Source: a virus (lineage: Duplodnaviria > Caudoviricetes). From it: a DNA stretch of 61,533 nucleotides. Positions within the stretch are counted from its first letter, which is position 1. Each line of letters opens with the position of its first letter. A program made the translations under genes and the position numbers. Where the stretch lies: the IMG/VR virus record IMGVR_UViG_3300020436_000012, positions 1 to 61,533 of that record. One strand, written 5' to 3'. Of this stretch, positions 38,007 to 47,113 are shown piece by piece. The notes beneath the pieces are model-generated. The model ran no database searches and was not told where the DNA came from. It saw nothing but the letters and a program-made list of their open reading frames with translations.

Positions 38007-39266
38007 TTAAGCCGCTTTTGCGTAGGCATCATCCCAAGAACCTGTAAGTCCTGCTACTTCATATTCAGTTACTCTGTTTTCAAAGAAATTAGTATGATCA
38101 GCACCGTTTAGAATCCATTCTAACCACGGTAAGGGATTCTCTTTAACTTTAAAATTAGGTTTTAATCCTAGTTGTAGTAGACGCCTGTCTGTAATATATC
38201 TAATATATTTTTTCACCTCACTAGAATCTAATCCTTCTATTTCTCCCATAGCATAGGCTAAATCAATAAACTTATCTTCTAGGTCTACTGCAACCCTTGA
38301 CATTTCATAAATTTCACTCTTAAATTTATCTCCAACTATTCTGGGGTGTTCAATACAATATTGTCTAAATACTTTAGACACGCCTTCTACGTGTATAGAT
38401 TCGTCTCGTATTGACCACTCTACAACCTTGCCCATACCTTTCATCTTTCCGGTTCTTTGAAAGTTAAGTAACATGACAAAAGAGGCAAATAAAGCAACAC
38501 CCTCATTAAAAACAGATTTTGCTAATGCTAGTCCTAGTCCTCTTTGTGACCCTATGTGAGAATCCATCATAAAATCTATTTTATCTGCCATTTCAGTATA
38601 TTCAAGAAAAGCATGATATTCAGAATCAGGTAGCCCAAGAGTTTCATTTAATAGAGCATAAGCTCTTTGATGTATTCCCTCTCTTGAGGCAAAAGATCCA
38701 AACATATTTCTAACTTCATTATTCTTAAATTTAGGAATAAACTGATCATAATAGTTTTGTCCTACTGCAACATCTGATTGTGTGAATAGTCTAAGGATAT
38801 TAGTTATATATTCTTTTTCTATTTCAGTGACTTTACCGTTTTTCCAATCAGTAACATCTTCTGATAAATCTAATTCGTCCTCAATCCAATGAACTTTTTC
38901 ATGTCTAGTGGTAATCTCTACAGCCCACGGGTATTGAAAAGGTTTATATGTTTTTGAGAACTGCATTAAACCTCCAGCTCTTTTTAGTAAAATGTTGTCT
39001 GATATTTTCATTAACTGGTCATACCCACCAATTCTCTCGTCATCCACAAATATTTGTGGCACTGAGTTTATTCTTTTTTGTTTAGCATTATTCTTACCAA
39101 GAGTTTCTTCTAAGTCATTAAGACTTTGATAGAACGCCAATCTTTCTTCTTCTTTGTCCATAAGTTGTTCCTCATAGTCGAAACCATGCTCATTTAACCA
39201 ATTTTTCGCCATTAAACAAAACGGACAGTCTGATTTACTTACAATTCTAATATTCATTTTTTTCAT
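38007..39266 (-). CDS. nrdB: Class Ia ribonucleotide reductase beta subunit with N-terminal glutaredoxin
   Basis: CPFC...SVPQIF...IGGY Grx domain; TQSD, REGIHQRAY, NEG, RDESIH, NFFE.RVTEY. Confidence 0.95.
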   Translation of the reverse strand: MKKMNIRIVSKSDCPFCLMAKNWLNEHGFDYEEQLMDKEEERLAFYQSLNDLEETLGKNNAKQKRINSVPQIFVDDERIGGYDQLMKISDNILLKRAGGLMQFSKTYKPFQYPWAVEITTRHEKVHWIEDELDLSEDVTDWKNGKVTEIEKEYITNILRLFTQSDVAVGQNYYDQFIPKFKNNEVRNMFGSFASREGIHQRAYALLNETLGLPDSEYHAFLEYTEMADKIDFMMDSHIGSQRGLGLALAKSVFNEGVALFASFVMLLNFQRTGKMKGMGKVVEWSIRDESIHVEGVSKVFRQYCIEHPRIVGDKFKSEIYEMSRVAVDLEDKFIDLAYAMGEIEGLDSSEVKKYIRYITDRRLLQLGLKPNFKVKENPLPWLEWILNGADHTNFFENRVTEYEVAGLTGSWDDAYAKAA

Positions 39267-41062
39267 CCTTCACAAGCAACACAAGAATCATCTTCTGTTG
39301 CTACATAATCTTGTAGTTGGTCTCTTTCAATTTTTTTAGAAACATTTTCCGCTCTTTGGGTAGTTTCTGTTCTCAAATAGTATAATCCTTTACACCCGTT
39401 TTTCCAAGCGTTATAATGTACTTTATGTACATAAGCTTTAGATGCTCCTGCTGGAAAAAAGACATTTAATGATTGTCCTTGACATAAATATTTCTGTCTT
39501 ACTCCTGCCTGTTCTACTATTTTTAGCTGATCTAGTTCTATTGCTGTTTTAAAAACCTCTTTTAGTTTATCACTAAGAAAATCTAGATGTTGAACAGAAC
39601 CTCCTCTTGTAATTATAGAGGTCCAAACTTTATCAGTATTTTGTCCTAATTTTTCTAATTCTTCTTCTAAGTAACTATTCTTAACTAAATGAGAACCAGC
39701 TCTAGTACGATGGGTGTAAGCGTTAGCTTTTAAAGGCTCAATAGAAGGAGAAGTATTAGCTAATATAGCACTATTTGCATTTGGTGCTATTGCTAACATA
39801 TGAGAGTTGCGTCTCCCTGTACCTTCCATATCTGGACACTCACCTCGTTCTTCCGCTAGTTTAATAGTTTCTTCTACCGCTTTTTGTTTTATAGTTTTAA
39901 AAATTGATTCATTTAACCGAGCGGCTTCTTTAGAACCAAAAGGTACACGATGTTTATGATAGTAAGCGTGTAATCCCATAGCTCCCAAACCTAGAGATCT
40001 TTCTTGTTGTGCTGAGTACCTAGCTCTACTAATTTCATCGTTAGCATTTTCAATAAAGAATTGAAGCACATTATCTAAAAATCTAATCAAGTCATTAATC
40101 ATTTGGGTGTTTACCCAATCATCATATTTTTCAATATTAACCGAAGATAAACAACAAACAGCTGTACGGTCTTCACTAGTGGGTAAATGTATTTCATTAC
40201 ATAAATTCGATCCGTTAAGTTTTAGTCCTTTATCTTTCATAGATTGAGGTAAAGCTCTGTTAGCTGTATCAATAAAGTTAAAATATGGTTCTCCTGTCCT
40301 AAATCTAATTTCTAATAGAGTTTCCCACAATTTTCTAGCTTTCATTGTATCTCTAACACTTCTGTCATTTGGGTCTAACAGATACCACTCCTCATCGTTA
40401 TCTACAGCTTTCATAAATTTATCAGTTAAATTTACTGCGTTATGTAGATTTAAACATTTACGGTTAATATCTCCTGTCGGGACTCTCATATTGATAAACT
40501 CAATAATATCTGGATGATCAATATCCATATACGCTGCATAAGACCCTTTTCTAGTTTTACCCTGTCTGTACGCAGTCATATCAGCATCTACTGTATGAAG
40601 AAAAGGCATTGGTCCAGGAGCCTTATCTGATACTGCCCTAACATCACTCCAGTGTCCTCCTACACCTCCACCTTTAACAGATAACCACCTAAGTTCTGAG
40701 CTATGATCTATTAGTCCTTCTAGAGAATCTGGTACATAAGTTAAAAAACAAGAAATAGGTAGCGCTTTTACTTTTTCTCCTGCTATAGGAGCATTAGAAA
40801 GTACTGGGGACGAATACATAAACCATCCACTAGATACATAATTATATATTCTTTGCGCAAGTGCTAAATCTCCGTAACAATAAGCAACCGCTGCACGAGC
40901 AAAAGCGTATTGCGGAGAGGGTTCATCTTCTCTACAATAGTAATCTTTTAATAATTTTCTTGCTTGATCTGTTAGGTTGTCGTCTTTACCAAGGTCAATT
41001 GTTATACCCAAATGGGTAATAGAATCCCTAGGAAATTCTAAAATTTCCGCTGTATTTTCCAT
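39263..41062 (-). CDS. nrdA: Class I ribonucleotide reductase alpha subunit (no ATP cone evident)
   Basis: PISCF, GGGVG, SNLCNEI, AIAPNA, GLYYLR, terminal CVACEG. Confidence 0.96.
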   Translation of the reverse strand: MENTAEILEFPRDSITHLGITIDLGKDDNLTDQARKLLKDYYCREDEPSPQYAFARAAVAYCYGDLALAQRIYNYVSSGWFMYSSPVLSNAPIAGEKVKALPISCFLTYVPDSLEGLIDHSSELRWLSVKGGGVGGHWSDVRAVSDKAPGPMPFLHTVDADMTAYRQGKTRKGSYAAYMDIDHPDIIEFINMRVPTGDINRKCLNLHNAVNLTDKFMKAVDNDEEWYLLDPNDRSVRDTMKARKLWETLLEIRFRTGEPYFNFIDTANRALPQSMKDKGLKLNGSNLCNEIHLPTSEDRTAVCCLSSVNIEKYDDWVNTQMINDLIRFLDNVLQFFIENANDEISRARYSAQQERSLGLGAMGLHAYYHKHRVPFGSKEAARLNESIFKTIKQKAVEETIKLAEERGECPDMEGTGRRNSHMLAIAPNANSAILANTSPSIEPLKANAYTHRTRAGSHLVKNSYLEEELEKLGQNTDKVWTSIITRGGSVQHLDFLSDKLKEVFKTAIELDQLKIVEQAGVRQKYLCQGQSLNVFFPAGASKAYVHKVHYNAWKNGCKGLYYLRTETTQRAENVSKKIERDQLQDYVATEDDSCVACEG

Positions 41063-41067
41063 AGTTT

Positions 41068-42912
41068 TTATCCTTCAATTTTACTAATGTTATTTTGTTT
41101 ATTTATAGATATTTTTTCTATCAGGGGATGGGTAAAATCGTGAGATATCAAAAAAACGTTCAAATCGTTTTCTTGTTGCAAGATTTCAATTAGTCTTTCT
41201 TTCCCTGCTTCGTCTAAAACCCCAGTTACTTCATCCAAAAATAAAAGATTAATATAACTGCCACCAAGCCTAGATAAAAGTTTTCGGATAGATAGTAAAA
41301 TTGAAGTTTGAATCCTACTAAACTCTCCTCCAGAAACGCTTTCAATTGTTGTTTCTTTTCCATGATTAAATATAATTATGTTTAATTTTTCTCCAGTTAG
41401 TCTAAATACTAGCTGAAATTGTCCGTCCGAAAATTCCGCTAAATATTCGTTTATGGTTTCTTCTAATTCTTTGGTGAGATTTTCTAGTTTAAATGCGACT
41501 ATGCCCGTCGTGCTAAAAGCTTTTCTTAAAATACTTAAATTTTGGCTTTTTGATTTAAGATTAATTATATCAGAATTAACCTCGTCTTGTCTATTTAAAA
41601 ATTGTGCTTTTTGTTCTGTTAGAGTATCTACTTTAGTATTGTGTATTTTAACTTGTTCATTATGTTCTACTACTTCTTGTCTTAAATCTTCTTGTTCTCT
41701 TATTTGAGTTTTTAAAGATTTTTCTTTTCTCTCAAGTTTTTCATAGTCTGGATATTTGTTAGGAATACTACTATCTATTAGTTGAGAAAGTTGCTCGAAT
41801 TTTTCAATTGTTTTTTGATTTTCGTTGTAAACATTAGTTTCTTCAGCAAATTTATCTTTTTCTTCTATCAGAACTTTAAGTTCATCACTTAATCTATTCA
41901 TTGTTTTATTTGACGAAAACAAATCTTCTTCTAGATTAGACTTCATTTGTACTGCATGGCTATTATCTATTGGTTGTCCACAAGCGTAACAACTATCAGC
42001 AGTATCTATAGCTTTAAGTTGTTTATTTAAGTTATCAATATGATTTTTTGTTTTTGCAACATTAACTTGAAGAGTTTCTAACTCTTCAAAAAGCGTAGGA
42101 TTTACTTCAGGAGATTTTAGTGACATATCAAATTTTAGAGCATCTCTGTCAGAAATTAACAAATTGTTTTTGTCTATTCTTTTACACTGATCTACATATT
42201 GTTTTAGCTCTGTCTGTATAAGACCTAATTCTTCTCTAAGAGCTTCATTAATTATAGGAACTTCTTTTAATTCACGTTTTTCCCCAATATTTGCTTCTTG
42301 TAAAAATCTTTCAATACTATTTAGTTCTCCGTCTGATTTATTTAATTCTTTTTCTACTTCAGAAATTTTTAACTTTAGTGTATCTCCAATAGCAATATAC
42401 TTTTCAAGCCCAAATAAATTTATTAAAAACTTTTTTCTATTTGTGTCTGTTGCTTTAATAAAATCTAATAAGTCTGTCGAGCTTTGATATGTTAATTGAG
42501 AAAATATTTCAAAGTCCATTCCCAAAACTTCAGCAACTTTTTTGTATGTATCTAAAACTTTGTGCTCAGTTAGATCAACAGTATTACTATTCGTGTTTTT
42601 ATAAAAATTAACTTTTCCTGATGCACCTGTCCTAGATACAGATATATTGTAGTCTACTTCGTCTACTTCAAAACTTAGTGACCCTGACCATGCTTTTCCA
42701 TTTCCATAACGGTTTAAGATATCGCCTTTTTTAATACCTTTAATATTCTTTCCGTATAATATTTCTTGAATAATTAGAGCGATTGTAGATTTCCCACTAC
42801 CGTTTGCCGCCGTTAGTTGTGCAATATTGTAAGAGTCTAGAGATAAATTATTATCATCTCCATAACTAAACATATTATTTATTGTTAATTCTTTTAATTT
42901 TATTTTAGACAT
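41068..42912 (-). CDS. D13: SbcC/Rad50-like recombination ATPase (T5 D13-like)
   Basis: NGSGKS, CYACGQ zinc hook, SGGE, FLDE, ISH. Confidence 0.95.
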   Translation of the reverse strand: MSKIKLKELTINNMFSYGDDNNLSLDSYNIAQLTAANGSGKSTIALIIQEILYGKNIKGIKKGDILNRYGNGKAWSGSLSFEVDEVDYNISVSRTGASGKVNFYKNTNSNTVDLTEHKVLDTYKKVAEVLGMDFEIFSQLTYQSSTDLLDFIKATDTNRKKFLINLFGLEKYIAIGDTLKLKISEVEKELNKSDGELNSIERFLQEANIGEKRELKEVPIINEALREELGLIQTELKQYVDQCKRIDKNNLLISDRDALKFDMSLKSPEVNPTLFEELETLQVNVAKTKNHIDNLNKQLKAIDTADSCYACGQPIDNSHAVQMKSNLEEDLFSSNKTMNRLSDELKVLIEEKDKFAEETNVYNENQKTIEKFEQLSQLIDSSIPNKYPDYEKLERKEKSLKTQIREQEDLRQEVVEHNEQVKIHNTKVDTLTEQKAQFLNRQDEVNSDIINLKSKSQNLSILRKAFSTTGIVAFKLENLTKELEETINEYLAEFSDGQFQLVFRLTGEKLNIIIFNHGKETTIESVSGGEFSRIQTSILLSIRKLLSRLGGSYINLLFLDEVTGVLDEAGKERLIEILQQENDLNVFLISHDFTHPLIEKISINKQNNISKIEG

Positions 42913-43882
42913 TTCTTATTTTCATATTTTCTGTTAAACTTTTGTAATTTTCCCAATCAATTGTTGGTAGTATTTTTTCAAACTTTATCTCATAGTTTTT
43001 AATAGCTTTGCTTATAACACTGTCCCAAGTTATAAAAGTTTGATGAGGATGTCCTACTTTTTCTCTATAATCTTTTAATATTCTGTCTTGGTGATTTTGC
43101 AATTTTTCCCAACCTGTTCTCTTAATTCTAGCAGGTAGATTAGGAAAAGCTTCATATAGAAAAGTATTATCTTTTTCTCCAGGTTGTGACCCGTCCCAGT
43201 TACTTGTATAATGCAAGAATATAGGTTCTAAGCTTGTAAAAGTAAAAAACTTTTTGTTAGCATTTATTGCATATTTTACTAGGTTTGGAGAGTCTTCCCA
43301 CCAACCCCACCCAAATATAGGATGTACATCTGGGTTATGCCCACTATAGATTAGGATTGTGTCATCGTCTACAAAATCAAATAAATGAGTTAAAGCCATT
43401 TGACTTAATGAGTGTGTAAATTGTCCATATTTTTCTGCTTTTACTAAGACACTATCAACAAATTTTTCTTCACCTAGTTTTACTACTTTATGTTCAATAT
43501 TTCTATCTTTACAATATTTTGCAGCATAAACTATATCAAAATCGTTTTGTCCCCCAAAAAGGCGAAGAGTAATAGCAGTAAAAGGAATACCTAATTGATA
43601 AAAAGCTTCTGCAGTAGCTTCACTATCAATTCCCCCACTTAGTGCGAGTGTGAATTTATAAGAAGAATAGGTGTGAGCAAATTTAGAAACTAGACCTGTT
43701 AAGTCGTTGTAAAAGGAAGCACTTCTATTTTTGTATTCTGGACAAGTAACTCTACAACCCAACACAGGAAGTTTTGTTGAGCATAAATACCCGTTTTTAG
43801 GTCGCATGTATGGTTGAGAGGTTGATTTAGATTGAAGATATTCCCAATAAACTCTATTTAACGAAAGATCAATATCTGACAT
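42905..43882 (-). CDS. PP-loop (adenine nucleotide alpha-hydrolase-like) protein
   Basis: LALSGGIDSE PP-loop; YAAKYC...IEHKVV; KRTGWE. Confidence 0.7.
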   Translation of the reverse strand: MSDIDLSLNRVYWEYLQSKSTSQPYMRPKNGYLCSTKLPVLGCRVTCPEYKNRSASFYNDLTGLVSKFAHTYSSYKFTLALSGGIDSEATAEAFYQLGIPFTAITLRLFGGQNDFDIVYAAKYCKDRNIEHKVVKLGEEKFVDSVLVKAEKYGQFTHSLSQMALTHLFDFVDDDTILIYSGHNPDVHPIFGWGWWEDSPNLVKYAINANKKFFTFTSLEPIFLHYTSNWDGSQPGEKDNTFLYEAFPNLPARIKRTGWEKLQNHQDRILKDYREKVGHPHQTFITWDSVISKAIKNYEIKFEKILPTIDWENYKSLTENMKIRNV

Positions 43883-44001
43883 TAATCTACAAACCCTTCA
43901 CCTTTTTTCCAATGATGTAGCCTGTGACAAAATACAACCCACATTAGTGAAAATAAAGTGTCTGATCTATATGTCCCGTTTTTTACTTTCAATTCATACA
44001 T
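43882..44001 (-). CDS. Hypothetical 39-aa protein (absent from ORF track)
   Basis: MYELKVKNGTYRSDTLFSLMWVVFCHRLHHWKKGEGFVD; overlaps D12 stop and shares TAATG with the next start. Confidence 0.6.
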   Translation of the reverse strand: MYELKVKNGTYRSDTLFSLMWVVFCHRLHHWKKGEGFVD

Positions 44002-44959
44002 TTAGATTTAACTCTAAAAATTCATCAATTATTGCTTTTGGGTTACCTGTTTTGATATGCTCTAAATATAAAGTTAGTTCTTCTACAATTGTTTTGTCCT
44101 TTAGATTTAATTTAGAGTCTTCGTTAGGTTTATATGCTATTTTTTTGTCTAAAAGTTTGGAATCTTTTACTTTACTTAGCTCGTCTAGATTACCTGTTAC
44201 TTCATAAATAACATGATCATACCCACCTTCTTCTAGGTTATCATTAACTTCAACTGTTCTTCTAACAAGTTTTGGCAAATTCAGAACTTTAAAGTCTACA
44301 CTATAGTTTTGATGATCTACATAATCAATCACATTTACCCCATACTTTTTTGTTTCATCTCTATCAAAAGTTACATTTAACGGGCTACCACAATAATAAG
44401 CAGGATAATCCAAGTAACGATGATTAAAGTGTATGTCACCGAGAAGTATGAGCGGCCAGGGACGAAGCTTTTCAAAATCGTATTCAGCCGTGATGTGAGG
44501 TGGTACTTCTCCACGGATGTGAGCAACCAGAATTTCATTTTCTTTATATTCTGGTAAGTTATCCGTTTGCATCTCTCCATACGGGAAGAAACAAAAGCCT
44601 TGGCCCCGTATACTCTCAGATCGGTTTTCTGTAATAAGAACCACGTTCGGATTTGTAATAGCGTGTAGTTCATGAAAATGCTCCAAAAATGTTTTGCCTT
44701 TACGAGTAGCTTCGTGATTTCCCGGAATTATATATGTCGGAATTGTGACTGAGTTTGCAAAACGCAAAAAAAGGCACACCTCATCTGGTTCGGGTTTTCT
44801 ATCGAAAACGTCACCAGACAAGATATGCACATCGCAGTCTTTTTCTAATTTATGTATTTCTTCAAAAAATAGCCTAAATCTATTAGCTTGCCACTCGTAA
44901 GGAACTTTTTTCTTGTGTAAGTTAATGTGCCAGTCAGCACTGTGTAAAATTTTAATCAT
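43994..44959 (-). CDS. D12: SbcD/Mre11-like metallophosphoesterase nuclease (T5 D12-like)
   Basis: SADWH, GDVFD, PGNHE, HIRGEVPPH, GDIH. Confidence 0.95.
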   Translation of the reverse strand: MIKILHSADWHINLHKKKVPYEWQANRFRLFFEEIHKLEKDCDVHILSGDVFDRKPEPDEVCLFLRFANSVTIPTYIIPGNHEATRKGKTFLEHFHELHAITNPNVVLITENRSESIRGQGFCFFPYGEMQTDNLPEYKENEILVAHIRGEVPPHITAEYDFEKLRPWPLILLGDIHFNHRYLDYPAYYCGSPLNVTFDRDETKKYGVNVIDYVDHQNYSVDFKVLNLPKLVRRTVEVNDNLEEGGYDHVIYEVTGNLDELSKVKDSKLLDKKIAYKPNEDSKLNLKDKTIVEELTLYLEHIKTGNPKAIIDEFLELNLNV

Positions 44960-44964
44960 CCTTT

Positions 44965-44993
44965 ATTTTAGCATTTTTTACTATGAATGTCAA
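44965..44993 (-). promoter_or_regulatory. Sigma70-like promoter, possibly giving a leaderless D12 mRNA
   Basis: TTGACA-17 nt-TAAAAT with TG; ATG begins 6 nt after the -10. Confidence 0.7.
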
Positions 44994-45006
44994 TGGCTAT
45001 TTTACT

Positions 45007-45963
45007 TTAATATCCGTTAGGGATAGCTACGTAGTGAATGAACAATACAATCCCTACACTAGCGCCTAACCCGATCATCATTTTAAAGAAATCACGAGTT
45101 ACCAACGGGAACACTTGCTTCATTGTTGTGTTTCTCACTGAGGCGATTGCTAGTTCGCGCCCTGTTAACAGACCTACGAACACCCATGTGGTTGACATTG
45201 GAATATCGTTTAATTCTTTGAAGAACCATAAACACAACCAATATACTAGGTCAATGATGGTAGCTGAACGAATATATCGAGTGCTTGTTTTTTCTAGAAC
45301 GATATTTTGAATTTTACCGCCTCGCTCTCTGAACATCCATCCTAGTCCTACAACAAATACGATGCTGATTAGAATCATCAAATCCCACGGAATTTGTCTT
45401 GGAAGGAATACAGCAATATTAGCCATATCATGTGATAACCAAGTCCACCATAAGAATCCTGTAGTACACCATTGACCTACTCGCCAATATGCTTTATACT
45501 TATCGCTGACAGGTTTTTTCTCGTCTAAGACTCTGGATACGATATGCCATATTGCATATGCCGCGACAGCCGCGACTGCATATCCCATCATAGATTTCAT
45601 TAGCATTTTTTCTAACACAAATGTTGATGCAAATGCTGATAGCACTAAGAAGGAAGTTGAAACTGGAACTCCTATTCTAGTTAGTAGCAACAACAAAGCC
45701 GGAGCCGTTGCATGATACCACTGAACTTCTTGCCACGGAATTTTATTTAGTCGGCCATATGAAATGTCTCCTCCACTTACATACCAACCATACCATAATG
45801 CCCATAACAAAACAGACGACGCGGCAAACCACATCGTCTTCCAATTAAATCTCTCGTTATTAGAAGCGATCCATGTGCCGAGAGTTTGCACAGAATCGTT
45901 TGCGATGACACTATAGGCAGCTAATAAAAAGCCAATTGTCATCCATATTGTTAGGTCGGTCAT
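45007..45963 (-). CDS. Polytopic membrane permease, PiT/PitA-like (putative phosphate transporter)
   Basis: Multiple hydrophobic segments; inverted-repeat motifs ANDSVQTLG/PVSTS and HDMANIA/PMSTT resemble PiT signatures. Confidence 0.7.
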   Translation of the reverse strand: MTDLTIWMTIGFLLAAYSVIANDSVQTLGTWIASNNERFNWKTMWFAASSVLLWALWYGWYVSGGDISYGRLNKIPWQEVQWYHATAPALLLLLTRIGVPVSTSFLVLSAFASTFVLEKMLMKSMMGYAVAAVAAYAIWHIVSRVLDEKKPVSDKYKAYWRVGQWCTTGFLWWTWLSHDMANIAVFLPRQIPWDLMILISIVFVVGLGWMFRERGGKIQNIVLEKTSTRYIRSATIIDLVYWLCLWFFKELNDIPMSTTWVFVGLLTGRELAIASVRNTTMKQVFPLVTRDFFKMMIGLGASVGIVLFIHYVAIPNGY

Positions 45964-46012
45964 ATTTTATACCTTTCAATTGTTGTTATGCAACCCTTTA
46001 GGTTACTTTTAG

Positions 46013-46046
46013 AGTATAACATAAATATGTTACAGTTTCATTACAA
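46013..46046 (-). promoter_or_regulatory. Pho box promoter for the permease
   Basis: TTGTAAT-gaaa-CTGTAAC located exactly 10 nt upstream of TATACT, with TG extension. Confidence 0.72.
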
Positions 46047-46090
46047 TTTCTGCCCCAAAAGAGTAATAGTAAAATCTTATTTTTTAAGTG

Positions 46091-46119
46091 TTGACGAAGA
46101 TCAAAAAGTATGCTACTAT
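46091..46119 (+). promoter_or_regulatory. Counter-oriented sigma70-like promoter
   Basis: TTGACG-17 nt-TACTAT with TG extension and AT-rich upstream; no + strand ORF follows. Confidence 0.6.
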
Positions 46120-46120
46120 T

Positions 46121-46253
46121 GGGGCATAGCTGGTAAACAACGTTAACACAGAGTGTAAAAGCTGTGGAACAAGGCTCGCACATTACACACATTGCTGTCT
46201 CGGAGAGACACAACGTAAGAACGTAGTTCTACAACGCCACGCCACCCGTGCGT
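46121..46253 (+). other. Non-coding structured element (candidate origin or ncRNA)
   Basis: GC-richer than flanks; hairpins TGTCTC-GGA-GAGACA and AGAAC-GTA-GTTCT. Confidence 0.4.
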
Positions 46254-47105
46254 CTAAAATTTCATTCCGTTTTGTTTCATCTCATTTGATACGTAATGGT
46301 TAGTAGGAGAACACATGTTACATAAAGGTTCTTCATCTGTCAAACACCATTCTATTATTTCTTCTTCAGTCATTTCTAAAGTAGCAGGTTGGATACTAGT
46401 ATAAGGTTTCCATTCTTCACTATCTTGTTGTCCCCAATGAGTTAGTCCATCTTTTAAATGTGCATGAACACTACATTTATATAATTTATTTTTATATAAA
46501 CCTTTACAATATTTCGCTTCACAAATATTATAACTATCTTTTATCTGATTAGCATTATAGGGATGAATACCTTTTTCATCTCTTTTATGATATAATTTCC
46601 AATAATTAGTTCTTGTAGTATCAATTAAGTGTATTAAACTGCCTTTACTATTTATTTTCCTATAATCATCCCCTAAATATTCTATACAATCTTCTAATAT
46701 TTTTTTTAATCGTTTCTGGTAGTTTGAATCTGAAAAGTGTACAGACACAAATATTTCGCTACGAGTTTCTTTAATCGCGTCCAATACATTAGTCTTTTTA
46801 TTCAAAATTAAACCATTTGTTCCTAAAACAACTCTCCATTTAGGAAAATTTTCTCTAACTAAGTATAACAATTCTGGAAGTTTTTTGTATAAAACAGGCT
46901 CTCCTCCTAAAATTTTTATTTTATCAAAAGGTATTTTACCTTGTTCCCATATGGGCATAATTTTTTTAGCCCAAGATTTAACACTATCTTGTAGCTCGTC
47001 CCAATCATGCTCTCCTTTTAGATAATCTGAATAACTATCACAAGCATAACACTTAAGATTACAAGTTTGATTTATTAATAACTCTAATTGATACCTATCT
47101 AACAT
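46254..47105 (-). CDS. Radical SAM protein
   Basis: CNLKCYAC, LGGEP, TNG, LYKC, CNMC. Confidence 0.9.
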   Translation of the reverse strand: MLDRYQLELLINQTCNLKCYACDSYSDYLKGEHDWDELQDSVKSWAKKIMPIWEQGKIPFDKIKILGGEPVLYKKLPELLYLVRENFPKWRVVLGTNGLILNKKTNVLDAIKETRSEIFVSVHFSDSNYQKRLKKILEDCIEYLGDDYRKINSKGSLIHLIDTTRTNYWKLYHKRDEKGIHPYNANQIKDSYNICEAKYCKGLYKNKLYKCSVHAHLKDGLTHWGQQDSEEWKPYTSIQPATLEMTEEEIIEWCLTDEEPLCNMCSPTNHYVSNEMKQNGMKF

Positions 47106-47113
47106 TACAAAAA

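Noticed and set aside
44377-44830. GC-richer patch with an alternate-frame ORF inside D12 (a similar patch occurs in uvsE near 58900-59150)
   Set aside because: Could be recombinational mosaicism but cannot be quantified by eye; the host frame is intact and no intron features are seen
45998-46213. 71-aa Cys-rich minus-strand ORF as a radical SAM substrate peptide
   Set aside because: No RBS seen; it spans two promoters and the Pho box, so a non-coding reading fits better
46121-46253. tRNA or CRISPR mini-array
   Set aside because: No cloverleaf or TTC-loop arm and no regularly spaced direct repeats
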